From the NCBI RefSeq assembly GCF_054482525.1, contig NZ_CM137006.1: a stretch of DNA of 64,000 nucleotides; one strand, given 5' to 3'. Each line of letters opens with the position of its first letter. Within the stretch, counting starts at the first letter, position 1. A model generated the notes under the pieces. The model was not told the origin of the DNA, made no database searches, and was given only the letters and a program-made list of their open reading frames with translations. Shown in pieces: positions 13,246-21,696 of this stretch. Position numbers and translations under genes: made by a program.

Positions 13246-14496
13246 GTGCTTACCGATACAAAATTAAAAAACCTCAAGCCGCAGGACAAACTGTACAAGG
13301 TCTCCGATCGTGACGGGCTGTATGTAGCTGTGCTTACGTCAGGCACGGTCTCGTTTCGCTATGACTACCGTATCAACGGTCGTCGCGAAACACTGGTAAT
13401 CGGGCAGTATGGGCGTGACGGTATCAGCCTGGCAGAAGCGCGAGAAGAACTGATTGCTGCAAAGAAGCTGCTTAAAGCAGGCCAGTCGCCGGCTGCGGCT
13501 AAACGTGACGGTATCAAAAAGATTCGTGGTGCCGAGACGTTTGCGGTACATACCGACAGTTATATGAAACACGTCATCCTGGCTGACAGTACCCGCGCAA
13601 TGAAGCAGGCGGTGATTGACCGTGACATACTTCCGGTTCTTGGTAACAAAATGATGGCTGAAATTACCACATCGATGGTTCGTGATTTGTGTGACCGGAT
13701 TGTCGAACGCGGTGGTCGGGCAACAGCAGTACAGGCCAGGGAGATCATCAGCAGCGTATACCGTCACGCCAATGACCGTGGTCATGGTTTGTTTAATCCT
13801 GCGGCTGACATTAAACCTTCGTCTATCGCCATATTTAAACCACGAGAGCGAACACTGACACCAGAAGAAATTGGCCTGTTCTTCCGCACGCTGGATGCCA
13901 TTGGTGCTATGGGCACTATGAAAATGGCTTTAAAGCTGGTGCTTATCACTATGGTTCGTAAAGGCGAATTCACCAACGCAACGTGGGATGAAATAGATTT
14001 TAAAAAATGGACATGGACAATTCCTTCAGACCGCATGAAGGGAAGCCGGGCGCACGTTATTTACCTGCCTAAACAGGCTCAGGATATATTGGTCGGGTTG
14101 CAGATGTGCGCTGGTGGAAGTGAATATCTGGTTCCTGGTCGTTACAATTTCCGGAAGCCATTATCTAATGCCGCGCTGAACTCTCTGATCGACAGAACGG
14201 TGAAAATAATAAATGAAGATGGTGAGCATATTCAGGGCTTCACCGTACACGATATGCGCCGTACAGCCAGTACGTTGTTGCATGAGGCTGGTTATCCTTC
14301 AGACTGGATTGAAAAGGCTCTGGCACATGAGCAGAAAGGTGTGCGCGCCGTATATAACAAAGCGGAATACGCCAGACAGCGCGCCTACATGTTGCAGCAG
14401 TGGGCCGATATGATTGATTCCTGGATTAACGGGGAGCATACGGATCTGATTCCGTTCTCCCCGTCGAAGTTTGAGAAGTGGATGGCGGGGGAATAA
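13246..14496 (+). CDS. int: Tyrosine integrase (P4-type, DUF4102-like N-terminal arm-binding domain)
   Basis: 416 aa with a GTG start. The N-terminus reads LTDTKLKNLKPQDKLYKVSDRDGLYVAV, and catalytic residues appear in HDMRRTASTLL...LAHE...VRAVY. Confidence 0.9.
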   Translation: MLTDTKLKNLKPQDKLYKVSDRDGLYVAVLTSGTVSFRYDYRINGRRETLVIGQYGRDGISLAEAREELIAAKKLLKAGQSPAAAKRDGIKKIRGAETFAVHTDSYMKHVILADSTRAMKQAVIDRDILPVLGNKMMAEITTSMVRDLCDRIVERGGRATAVQAREIISSVYRHANDRGHGLFNPAADIKPSSIAIFKPRERTLTPEEIGLFFRTLDAIGAMGTMKMALKLVLITMVRKGEFTNATWDEIDFKKWTWTIPSDRMKGSRAHVIYLPKQAQDILVGLQMCAGGSEYLVPGRYNFRKPLSNAALNSLIDRTVKIINEDGEHIQGFTVHDMRRTASTLLHEAGYPSDWIEKALAHEQKGVRAVYNKAEYARQRAYMLQQWADMIDSWINGEHTDLIPFSPSKFEKWMAGE

Positions 14497-14499
14497 CGT

Positions 14500-14694
14500 T
14501 TAATAGTTCTGCTGATTTTCTTCCATCTCTGCTTCTGCTGCCAGTGATTCAATTTTGTTTTCGAATATTGCTGACAGTGTTGCAAATTCAGCATCAGTGA
14601 CAGCGGGAATTGGAACAAACCTGATCCCGCTGTGTGCAAGCATGTTTGCAGTTTCAAGGCATTTTCTTAAATCTGCTGGTGATGCCCTGTTCAT
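14500..14694 (-). CDS. Hypothetical 64-aa protein
   Basis: The start MNRASPADLRKCLE overlaps the stop of the methyltransferase gene in an ATGA junction. The longer ORF-track version would overlap the methyltransferase by 124 nt. Confidence 0.5.
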   Translation of the reverse strand: MNRASPADLRKCLETANMLAHSGIRFVPIPAVTDAEFATLSAIFENKIESLAAEAEMEENQQNY

Positions 14695-15341
14695 GCAGCA
14701 CGCTCCCGCCCCTGGTTGTCTGTTGGTGACATCGGAGAATTGCTGAATGCATTTGTTAATCCGCCAATATCCAACGCGTATCCTGGGTGTAGTTGCACTG
14801 CCGGGCCTTCGCACTGGTTACCCCAAACATCGAAGCCATGAGACGTCTGGCGGGCGAACAGTTCAATGCGAGAAACATCGCCTAACAATTGCACAAGTTT
14901 TTCACGAACGACATCTGGTTTTCTTGAATGCTCAAGCCGCGGTGCGGTAAATGACTGAACGATACCTGCATTAATGCGCGGAGGTAGTTTTCCCTTTACT
15001 GCAAACAGGCAATCTTCACTATTGGCGCGAGTCATGTGTCCCATACCCATAACCAGTTTATCTGGTTGTCGACTACCACATTTTATCCACGTGAAGCCCT
15101 TCATGGTCATCAGACGGAATCCCCAGGCTTCAACAACTTTTAGTGCTTCGAGTGGTTGTGTTGGCACCCACCACATGGCCAACAGACAGTTTTCATCGGC
15201 CAAATCCCACACAGGAAGGCGGCAGATATCCAGCACACTCATAACAGGATATTTAAAACCGGCACCGCGATTACCATCTGCGGCTTTGTCCCGGTATACC
15301 CAGGGTGGATCTGCATAGATTAGTGTGTATTTCTTAGTCAT
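14691..15341 (-). CDS. MT-A70-family N6-adenine DNA methyltransferase (orphan)
   Basis: MTKKYTLIYADPPWVYRDK carries the DPPW catalytic motif. The ATG at 15341 overlaps the upstream stop (ATGACTAA). No adjacent restriction gene is seen. Confidence 0.75.
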   Translation of the reverse strand: MTKKYTLIYADPPWVYRDKAADGNRGAGFKYPVMSVLDICRLPVWDLADENCLLAMWWVPTQPLEALKVVEAWGFRLMTMKGFTWIKCGSRQPDKLVMGMGHMTRANSEDCLFAVKGKLPPRINAGIVQSFTAPRLEHSRKPDVVREKLVQLLGDVSRIELFARQTSHGFDVWGNQCEGPAVQLHPGYALDIGGLTNAFSNSPMSPTDNQGRERAA

Positions 15342-15633
15342 AAACCACCCCACAACATCCTATGCCGCTATAGTCGCCACGGCGAAGGCCGTTACCTTTT
15401 GTGATACATTGGTCCCTGCGAACCGCGATCCTTGCACGTTCAACATCACCAGAAGCAACATCCATACACTGAAGCCAAAGGTGAGCGGCAATGCGGAATT
15501 GCCCTTTTTTCTCTCTTTCAATCGCGCGTTTTTCGATCTCTATCGCCGCAGGAGTAACGGCGACAATCTTTGAAGGGCTGCGCATTGAAACCTTGTTCAT
15601 GTGATATTTTTCAAGTCGGCTTAACTTTCTCAC
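15334..15633 (-). CDS. PerC/ANR-like small transcriptional regulator (putative)
   Basis: 99 aa. The core AIEREKKGQFRIAAHLWLQCMDVASGDVERARIAVRRDQC follows the A..E..G..R.AA..W...ER...RR..C pattern that I associate with PerC-family proteins. Confidence 0.45.
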   Translation of the reverse strand: MRKLSRLEKYHMNKVSMRSPSKIVAVTPAAIEIEKRAIEREKKGQFRIAAHLWLQCMDVASGDVERARIAVRRDQCITKGNGLRRGDYSGIGCCGVVYD

Positions 15634-15742
15634 TTAATCCAACCCTCTCTGAAAATTAATGCCAGCAGATAAAGCCATGCTGAAACAGAGGCCAGGAATA
15701 AGTACCATCCTGACCATTTGCTCCAGTGCCTTAGCAGCACAC

Positions 15743-15991
15743 TCATGCAGCGTTGCTCACAGGACGATATACACGTTGCTGAACAGGAGGCTTTTTACCC
15801 TGGAACTCTGCCGGGCTTGCTGCCTGACGTTCATCAAGCCAACGCTCAACTTCATCACGGTTCCATGCGCAGCGTTTATCGGTGATATACCAGCGTTTAG
15901 GAAATTCCCCTGCGCGCTCCATACGGTCGATAGTGCTCCATGACAGTGGCACCACCGCCAGGAGTTCCTTCTTACCTAATGCACCTTTCAT
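15743..15991 (-). CDS. AlpA-family phage regulatory protein / excisionase-like
   Basis: 82 aa. LSWSTIDRMERAGEFPKRWYITDKRCAWNRDEVERWL is typical of AlpA/Xis winged-helix proteins. Confidence 0.7.
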   Translation of the reverse strand: MKGALGKKELLAVVPLSWSTIDRMERAGEFPKRWYITDKRCAWNRDEVERWLDERQAASPAEFQGKKPPVQQRVYRPVSNAA

Positions 15992-16040
15992 AAATACCTC
16001 TCTTGGTTGCAGTGCGGCGCGCGTGGCGCCGCGGTGGTGG

Positions 16041-16922
16041 TTACATAGATGTTTCGTTTAATTCTTCCCGACGAACGCTGTAAACGTCGGTGGCTTTTGC
16101 CAGCAGTTCGTCATCATCTGAAAGTTTTTGTGCAATGTATTTGTAAGCCTTATCCAGTTCGGAGACAGTGCTGTAATTCATCGCTGCGCTGGTAAAGGCC
16201 ATCAGCATTTCTTCTGGCTCACGGCTATCCGCTTTACGCGTTTGCTCATCAGGCTTTTTCACTGATTTAGCGTTGATCAGACTGTTCATTCCCGCAGCCG
16301 TAGTCATTTGCGGAGTAATGTCTCGCTCAACGCGCGGTGCCGTTTCCTGTAATTCGTCAGGGGTGTAAACACCGAGAAGTACATCAGGAGCGTGCAGGCG
16401 AGCCCATCGTTTCGTGCAAAGATAGGCAAGTTGCTGGCGCGGATCCTGTTCCCACAATGGAGAGTTACGCACTCCTGCTTGCGCCATACTGATGGTAAGC
16501 TCACGTGGTTCTGCTTCTCCTTTAAGAACTGCTGACACAGTTACCGTCAGATTCGGTGATTTATCTGTTTTGCCGTTAACATTCGACCAGTCACCGCTCC
16601 AGCGATAATTCAGGCGTGTCGCCAGCAGGCTGGAAGAGGATACGACCGCGTTTACCAACTGTGCTTCGTAGCCTAACGTTCCGTTTACCACATGCGTTTT
16701 CTGCGCCACGGCGAAAGGGTTCATTCCCCACTGTGCCGCCTGCATGGTCACCGCCAGGCAATCGGCAGGTTTGCCTTCAAGATGTTTCGGTACAGTCGCT
16801 TTGCTTTGTGACATCAACTCCGCGAAACGCACCAGTTGATTCATGCCCTCGGGGCTGAAGATTGCCGCAGCAGTGCCTACAGTTGCGCCTGGTTGTGATG
16901 TGATTGCGATATCATTGCTCAT
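16041..16922 (-). CDS. RecT/Bet-family single-strand annealing recombinase
   Basis: 293 aa. It has QAAQWGMNPFAVAQKTHVVNGTLGYEAQLVNAV and is translationally coupled to the exonuclease gene. Confidence 0.6.
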   Translation of the reverse strand: MSNDIAITSQPGATVGTAAAIFSPEGMNQLVRFAELMSQSKATVPKHLEGKPADCLAVTMQAAQWGMNPFAVAQKTHVVNGTLGYEAQLVNAVVSSSSLLATRLNYRWSGDWSNVNGKTDKSPNLTVTVSAVLKGEAEPRELTISMAQAGVRNSPLWEQDPRQQLAYLCTKRWARLHAPDVLLGVYTPDELQETAPRVERDITPQMTTAAGMNSLINAKSVKKPDEQTRKADSREPEEMLMAFTSAAMNYSTVSELDKAYKYIAQKLSDDDELLAKATDVYSVRREELNETSM

Positions 16923-17740
16923 ACGTACATATCCTGTTTACGTGCCCAGTCAGGGCGTTTAATAATTTCCACTCCGCCCCATTCATCGTTGATGCGGCAT
17001 TCGTGATAGGTATTCAGATCCCGGCGGAACAGAGCGTGCCCGGCATCGACATCCGGCGCATCCAGCTCGAACACGCGTACCGGATACCGACCACAATCAA
17101 TGCTTTCGCTCACGGCAAGAAAGAAAAAACCATGTGGCTGACCAGTAACCCTCATTGCGCCTTCGCGGTACATTGCGTCCTGCACGTGGTAGCGGAACTC
17201 CTCGATGTGGCGTGCAAAACGGTCCATATCTGTAACCTTTTTCACGTCGACGATCACGTTGTGCTCTTTCAGCCATTTGTCTGGACGAATGCGGCACAAC
17301 TCACCAGTCTCTTCATCGTTCCAGTACATTGATGCTTCGCAGTAACCAGGTGCTTCCAGCATCCAGCGTGCCGCCGGGTGAGCCATTGCGCTATCACGCA
17401 TCAGCTCCAGTTTCCGCCACTGCTCGGCATCAAGTACCGTAATCCCCATATCCGCCACATCACGAAGAAATGCCTCTTCGTCAGCTTTACCTTGTTTCGT
17501 CCGACGATCGAATTTCGGCGAAACAATGAAGCGTTTGTCGAACTCTCCAGGCTCCAGAAGCAGACAGTGCAATGCGGTTCCCATATCCAGTGCAGACTTT
17601 TTCTCTTCGTCTTCTGGTGCTGCCTGAACCCATTTAAGAAGCGCCGGATTCTTGGCAACCATGTCCAGTTGCGACTTACTCACGCCGTCCCCGGCGTGGT
17701 AGTCTTCGTTGCTGATGTCGAAATAAATTCCCGGCTTCAT
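16919..17740 (-). CDS. PD-(D/E)XK exonuclease, RecE C-terminal (exonuclease VIII)-like
   Basis: 273 aa with GIYFDISNEDYHAGDGVSKSQL and DVKKV...EEFRYHVQDAMY motifs. Confidence 0.65.
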   Translation of the reverse strand: MKPGIYFDISNEDYHAGDGVSKSQLDMVAKNPALLKWVQAAPEDEEKKSALDMGTALHCLLLEPGEFDKRFIVSPKFDRRTKQGKADEEAFLRDVADMGITVLDAEQWRKLELMRDSAMAHPAARWMLEAPGYCEASMYWNDEETGELCRIRPDKWLKEHNVIVDVKKVTDMDRFARHIEEFRYHVQDAMYREGAMRVTGQPHGFFFLAVSESIDCGRYPVRVFELDAPDVDAGHALFRRDLNTYHECRINDEWGGVEIIKRPDWARKQDMYV

Positions 17741-18036
17741 GCCGCGTCCCTCTGCCCATCAAGCTGATCAGCCAGATCCCAGCGGGCGATAATTGCCATT
17801 GCCTCGCGCCGGTAGGAATCCATCAGTTCTTCGAACTCAGGGCTGTCTTTAGCTGCTTCCAGCACTTCCTGGCGAACTCCTTTGCCTGTTACAACGTCGA
17901 AAGTTGAGGCCAGTTGATGAAGCCGGATGCTCTCAATCAGTTCAACTTGTCGGTCATATAGCTGTTCTGACAGGCGGTAGTCCTTGTCGAATGCCAGCAT
18001 GATTTTTTGAAGATTTTTCTGCTGATTAACGTTCAT
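17737..18036 (-). CDS. Hypothetical protein
   Basis: The start MNVNQQK is preceded by GGGAGG. The ORF-track start at 18051 lies inside that SD and inside the upstream small ORF. Confidence 0.5.
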   Translation of the reverse strand: MNVNQQKNLQKIMLAFDKDYRLSEQLYDRQVELIESIRLHQLASTFDVVTGKGVRQEVLEAAKDSPEFEELMDSYRREAMAIIARWDLADQLDGQRDAA

Positions 18037-18038
18037 TA

Positions 18039-18191
18039 TCAGCCCTCCCATATCTCGTTATCGTTGGCCACATCGCGAGCTTCTTTGCTGACGAAAGCCC
18101 ACTTAATACCTTCCTGTAAGGTGCGGAACTTCCAGCTCATGAATCCGCATGCAGTAACGCAGTACCAACCGTTGATGATTTTCCACTGCAT
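18039..18191 (-). CDS. Hypothetical 50-aa protein, first gene of the leftward operon
   Basis: MQWKIINGWYCVTACGFMSWKFRTLQEGIKWAFVSKEARDVANDNEIWEG. A GAGGT SD lies 8 nt upstream. It is below the ORF-track size cutoff. Confidence 0.35.
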   Translation of the reverse strand: MQWKIINGWYCVTACGFMSWKFRTLQEGIKWAFVSKEARDVANDNEIWEG

Positions 18192-18209
18192 AACTTGTTA
18201 CCTCGGTTT

Positions 18210-18226
18210 GTTACCGTTGAGGTAAT
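18210..18226. promoter_or_regulatory. Dyad site O2 (GTTACC-GTTGA-GGTAAT)
   Basis: Perfect TTACC-N5-GGTAA just upstream of the first leftward gene. Confidence 0.6.
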
Positions 18227-18271
18227 GATTATGCGTATTTGGTTTGGTGTCAATAGATATGAGTTAAAAAA

Positions 18272-18288
18272 ATTACCCACAAGGTAAT
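18272..18288. promoter_or_regulatory. Dyad site O3 (ATTACC-CACAA-GGTAAT)
   Basis: Perfect dyad. A TTGACA hexamer on the minus strand lies between O3 and O2. Confidence 0.6.
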
Positions 18289-18297
18289 CTTGCTGGC

Positions 18298-18324
18298 AAT
18301 AAAAAAGCCGCCATGAGGCGGCTT
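18298..18324 (-). terminator. Terminator of the repressor gene
   Basis: On the minus strand, AAGCCGCC-tcat-GGCGGCTT is followed by TTTTTTATT. Confidence 0.8.
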
Positions 18325-18344
18325 ACTTGCTGAAAACTATAGTT

Positions 18345-18929
18345 TTATTGTTTGCTTTTTTCGTTCTGGTTGATGACAAATTCAATGTAACTTTCGATCT
18401 TTGCTTTCTCGGTTTCGGGTAACAATGCGTAGCGCGAGCGGTCATAGTTGATAGTCGCAGGGTCGTGCGGGTGAATCAGTAATTCATAGCCGTGACGCCC
18501 GAATGCGGATGCAACATTCTCCAGGGTGGAAATGGAAACGCTGACCTCATTGTTTAACAGGCGGCTGATTGTCACCTGGGCGACGCCGGATGCGCGGTGA
18601 AGTTTTCCCTGTGTTGAAAGGTCGCGGCTTTCGCTCATCCAGCGTTCCAGGTTGTGAGCCGCCAGCTGACCAATGTCGCTTGGGCCGACAGGCTGAAAAC
18701 CTTCCTGAGAAAGCGAGCGATCGATATCAAGCCAGTTACGGGGTTTATTGGCGGCAGCTTCAATTTTTCGCGCAACCTGGTCGCCGATAACCTTCTTACC
18801 AAGAGCCCAGCGGTTTACCAGATTTGCCTGAGTTCCAAGTTTTTCTGCCATCCGCGTCTGAACACCATTGAATTCACGGTCGATCAAGTCGTTGAGATTT
18901 TGCCTGCGGACGTCCTGGATACTTTTCAT
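18345..18929 (-). CDS. Prophage repressor with two XRE-type HTH domains and no S24 peptidase domain
   Basis: 194 aa. HTH 1 reads VQTRMAEKLGTQANLVNRWALGKK and HTH 2 reads LHRASGVAQVTISRLLNNEVSVSISTLENVASAF. It is divergent from a cro-like gene, and no Ala-Gly or Ser...Lys autocleavage module is seen. Confidence 0.7.
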   Translation of the reverse strand: MKSIQDVRRQNLNDLIDREFNGVQTRMAEKLGTQANLVNRWALGKKVIGDQVARKIEAAANKPRNWLDIDRSLSQEGFQPVGPSDIGQLAAHNLERWMSESRDLSTQGKLHRASGVAQVTISRLLNNEVSVSISTLENVASAFGRHGYELLIHPHDPATINYDRSRYALLPETEKAKIESYIEFVINQNEKSKQ

Positions 18930-18983
18930 TTTCTGGAAAATCGCCTCATATATGAATCAGTAGATGATTCAATTTAAAGCAAT

Positions 18984-19000
18984 ATTACCCAACAGGTAAA
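18984..19000. promoter_or_regulatory. Dyad site O4 (ATTACC-CAACA-GGTAAA)
   Basis: Perfect dyad in the repressor/cro divergent gap. Confidence 0.6.
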
Positions 19001-19031
19001 TGCACCCCATAGGTAACTATCCTTGATTTTT

Positions 19032-19048
19032 GTTACCTTATGGGTGAA
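19032..19048. promoter_or_regulatory. Dyad site O5 (GTTACC-TTATG-GGTGAA), one mismatch
   Basis: It lies in the spacer of a readable rightward promoter, TTGTTA-17-TATTAT. A lone GGTAAC half-site sits at 19011-19017. Confidence 0.45.
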
Positions 19049-19083
19049 TATTTATTATCTGAAATAAATATCAGGCAATAGCT

Positions 19084-19314
19084 ATGAGCGATAACGGACA
19101 TTTCGATTTCAAAAAGCACTGGCTTGCACTTACTCCGGATGAGCGTGAAGCCTTCGCACAGGAAGCCGGAACGACGAGTCACTATATACAGACTCACTTA
19201 ACAGGTAAGCGCAAAATGCCAGGTAAGGTATTGATGAATGGGCTTTTTAAAGCCTGTAAAACAAGACAATGGCTGCGCTCAAAAGCAGAACTGGCATACT
19301 TCTTCTACTCATGA
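19084..19314 (+). CDS. Cro/YdaS-like HTH protein
   Basis: 76 aa with an HTH (EAFAQEAGTTSHYIQTHLTGKR). It is the first rightward gene opposite the repressor. Confidence 0.55.
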   Translation: MSDNGHFDFKKHWLALTPDEREAFAQEAGTTSHYIQTHLTGKRKMPGKVLMNGLFKACKTRQWLRSKAELAYFFYS

Positions 19315-19335
19315 TATCCAGCCACAACCCTCTGT

Positions 19336-19359
19336 AGACCGCCACCCGGCGGTCTTTTC
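19336..19359 (+). terminator. Intrinsic terminator after the cro-like gene (tR1-like)
   Basis: AGACCGCC-accc-GGCGGTCT is followed by TTTTCA. Confidence 0.75.
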
Positions 19360-19368
19360 ATATCTATT

Positions 19369-19385
19369 CGTACCTCAAAGGTAAT
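19369..19385. promoter_or_regulatory. Dyad site O6 (CGTACC-TCAAA-GGTAAT), one mismatch
   Basis: It lies immediately after the terminator and upstream of the replication operon. Confidence 0.5.
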
Positions 19386-19462
19386 AAAAAACCAAATCTG
19401 GTTGATCAAATTTTCCAATTGTGCAAAATAGCCAATATCAATAACAAAAAGGGGCGGAAAAA

Positions 19463-19675
19463 TTGAAGATAGTAACCAGAATGGAGGCCGCAAAAGCCGG
19501 GTTAAATCGCTATTTCACAGGAAAGCGGTGCCGTCACGGCCATCTCTCTGAAAGGTATGTTCTGAACGGAACATGTGTTGAATGTGCAATGAATAGCGCC
19601 AACCGCCATCGTAATGAATTTGCTTGTGCACTAAAGAGTGCAAGAGGGGAAACCTATGGCAAGCAGCTGGATTAA
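19463..19675 (+). CDS. Small zinc-ribbon protein (hypothetical)
   Basis: 70 aa with a TTG start preceded by AAGGGG. It contains GKRCRHGHLSERYVLNGTCVEC. Confidence 0.5.
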   Translation: MKIVTRMEAAKAGLNRYFTGKRCRHGHLSERYVLNGTCVECAMNSANRHRNEFACALKSARGETYGKQLD

Positions 19676-20486
19676 GGTTGAAGTTATCACTCCTGATAAA
19701 CCTGAAATTTTTCAGATAGCAGAAATTCTGGGTATTGATCCAGATGCTGTTCTTGGAAAGCTGGTTCGTATATGGGCATGGGCTGACCAGCAAACAATAG
19801 ACGGTAACGCTGGCAGCGTTACAAAAGGAGTACTTGATAGACTCGCTTTTATTACAGGATTTGCTGACGCCCTCATTAGCGTCGGATGGCTTGCTTATCA
19901 TGACGGCAAACTAATTCTTCCAAACTTTGAGCGACACAATGGAGAATCATCGAAAAAACGTGCACTTACGAATAGAAGAGTGGCAGAGCATCGAAAACGA
20001 GTAACGCAAAAAGTAACGCCAACAGCGTTACAAAAGGAGTTACCAGAGGAAGAGGAAGAGGAAGATATATATAAAACCCCACACATAGCGCACGTGCGCG
20101 AGGGTGCTCCGACCAGTGAAGCGAACAGTACGCCGTTGCAGGTGGCAGAACCTGAATTTCTGGATGGCCTGAGTGAACCCATCGGGAAATTTCCGATGAC
20201 AGATGGCTGGCTACCGTCGCCAGATTTTCGGCGGCGTGCTGCGCTGTGGGGAACGGCCCTGCCGGAACCGGAATTTACACCTGCTGAACTTGCTGCATTC
20301 CGGGATTACTGGATGGCTGAGGGCAAAGTGTTCACGCAGGTTCAGTGGGAACAAAAATTCGCCAGGCACGTAAATCATATCAGGGGAAAATCAAAAAATG
20401 CCGGGAAAAGCGATGAGCTTGACTGGAATAACACTGACTGGATAGAAGGGGTGTGGGATGAAATCAACTCCAGAACTTCTCAATGA
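19656..20486 (+). CDS. Replication initiation (O-like) protein with DnaT-like C-terminal domain
   Basis: It starts at MASSWIKVEV, has an acidic EEEEEED linker, and has the C-terminal DGWLPSPDF...ELAAFRDYWMAEGKVFTQVQWEQKF. It is followed by a lambda-P-like gene. Confidence 0.6.
   Translation: MASSWIKVEVITPDKPEIFQIAEILGIDPDAVLGKLVRIWAWADQQTIDGNAGSVTKGVLDRLAFITGFADALISVGWLAYHDGKLILPNFERHNGESSKKRALTNRRVAEHRKRVTQKVTPTALQKELPEEEEEEDIYKTPHIAHVREGAPTSEANSTPLQVAEPEFLDGLSEPIGKFPMTDGWLPSPDFRRRAALWGTALPEPEFTPAELAAFRDYWMAEGKVFTQVQWEQKFARHVNHIRGKSKNAGKSDELDWNNTDWIEGVWDEINSRTSQ
19804..19831. repeat. Iteron-like repeat 1: GTAACGC-TGGCA-GCGTTAC-AAAAGGAGT
   Basis: A 7-bp inverted repeat with a 5-nt spacer and a 9-nt tail, near-identical to 20013-20040 but read in a different codon phase. 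Confidence 0.55.
20013..20040. repeat. Iteron-like repeat 2: GTAACGC-CAACA-GCGTTAC-AAAAGGAGT
   Basis: Second copy, with an extra GTAACGC half-site at 20001-20007. It is followed by a polypurine tract, AT-rich GATATATATAAAA (20064-20076) and the palindrome GCGCACGTGCGC (20088-20099). Confidence 0.55.
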
Positions 20487-21234
20487 GTACGATCGCTTAC
20501 GTGAGCATGGTGTTGCTGTGCATGAAGAGCGGCGTGACAGCAATGGCAAAAAGGAGCAGGTTGCTAGAATTTTCAATGAACTATTTGTCCAGTTACAGGC
20601 TGCATTTCCTGCAAGCGTTTCGACCATAAGGGAGCAGAACAAACTTAATGAATTCCGTAAGCAATGGATGCTTGCGTTTCTGGAGAATGGGATCACTACA
20701 ATGGAACAGGTTAACGCTGGTATGCGCCACGCCCGCGCCAGTGAATCTCCGTTCTGGCCGTCGCCAGGGCAATTCATCAAGTGGTGCAAAGACAGCAAGA
20801 TGGTTCTTGGCGTCACCATTGACGATGTGATGGCGGAGTTTCACCGGTACAGCAAGGAAAAAAGTTTATATCCTGGTGGTCCCGAAAGATTCCCGTGGCG
20901 ACATCCGGTTATGTACTGGGTCGTATGTGATACCCGCCGTGCAATGTATCAGCGCCAGCTTAGCGAGATTGAGGTTGAGAAACACGCGCGCAGGCTGCTC
21001 GATGATTGGGCGAAAAAGGTGGCTTCCGGACAGCAGATACCCGATCCGGTGATCAGCATACAGGCAAAGCCAGAACCCATGAGTACGCCTCCTGACACTG
21101 GGAGAGACGTTTACCATCCACCAGGGCGAAGTTTCGGGTGCATGCCTAACGCCGCCACCCTGGGGGGAATAACACCGGCGCAGTGGCTGATAGAGGAATA
21201 CAGGCGGGGAAAGGCGGCAGGATTTATCAAGTAA
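20458..21234 (+). CDS. Lambda P-like replication protein (DnaB helicase loader)
   Basis: 258 aa. FPASVSTIREQNKLNEFRKQWMLAFLENGITTMEQVNAGMRHARASESPFWPSPGQFIKWC closely parallels the lambda P sequence as I recall it. Confidence 0.8.
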   Translation: MKSTPELLNEYDRLREHGVAVHEERRDSNGKKEQVARIFNELFVQLQAAFPASVSTIREQNKLNEFRKQWMLAFLENGITTMEQVNAGMRHARASESPFWPSPGQFIKWCKDSKMVLGVTIDDVMAEFHRYSKEKSLYPGGPERFPWRHPVMYWVVCDTRRAMYQRQLSEIEVEKHARRLLDDWAKKVASGQQIPDPVISIQAKPEPMSTPPDTGRDVYHPPGRSFGCMPNAATLGGITPAQWLIEEYRRGKAAGFIK

Positions 21235-21269
21235 TACCAGCGCGATAGCGCATTTTTTTACGCCTACAT

Positions 21270-21286
21270 GATTACCTGTTGGGTAA
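21270..21286. promoter_or_regulatory. Dyad site O7 (ATTACC-TGTTG-GGTAAT)
   Basis: Perfect dyad. TTACCT (21271-21276), 17 nt, then TCTAAT (21294-21299) reads as a promoter. Confidence 0.6.
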
Positions 21287-21331
21287 TAAAATGTTCTAAT
21301 CTCTATTGATTTCATGTCTTATGTGGTTTTT

Positions 21332-21348
21332 AATTACCTAAGGGGTAA
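21332..21348. promoter_or_regulatory. Dyad site O8 (ATTACC-TAAGG-GGTAAA)
   Basis: Perfect dyad overlapping the RBS of the gene starting at 21352. Confidence 0.55.
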
Positions 21349-21351
21349 ATC

Positions 21352-21696
21352 ATGAGAAAACAGATACAGGCTCTTGGTCGACTCAAAACAGGCCAAATGA
21401 ACAAAACAGAATCTGCGTATTGCCAGCACCTTGAGCTGCGTAAACGTGCAGGAGAAATCGTCTGGTATCGATTTGAGGGTATCAAGCTGCGGTTAGCTGA
21501 CAACACGTTCTATACGCCCGATTTTGCTGTGATGCTCGCCACCGGCGAGATGGAACTGCACGAAGTGAAAGGTTTCTGGACCGACGACGCCAGGGTGAAA
21601 ACCAAAGTCGCCGCAGATCAGTATCCGTTCCGAATCATCGGGGTAACGGTTAAACCAAAGAAAGCAGGTGGTGGCTGGAACATCGAAGAGTTCTGA
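21352..21696 (+). CDS. DUF1064-like PD-(D/E)XK nuclease (possible Holliday junction resolvase)
   Basis: 114 aa with the YTPDF...HEVKG motif. Confidence 0.5.
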   Translation: MRKQIQALGRLKTGQMNKTESAYCQHLELRKRAGEIVWYRFEGIKLRLADNTFYTPDFAVMLATGEMELHEVKGFWTDDARVKTKVAADQYPFRIIGVTVKPKKAGGGWNIEEF

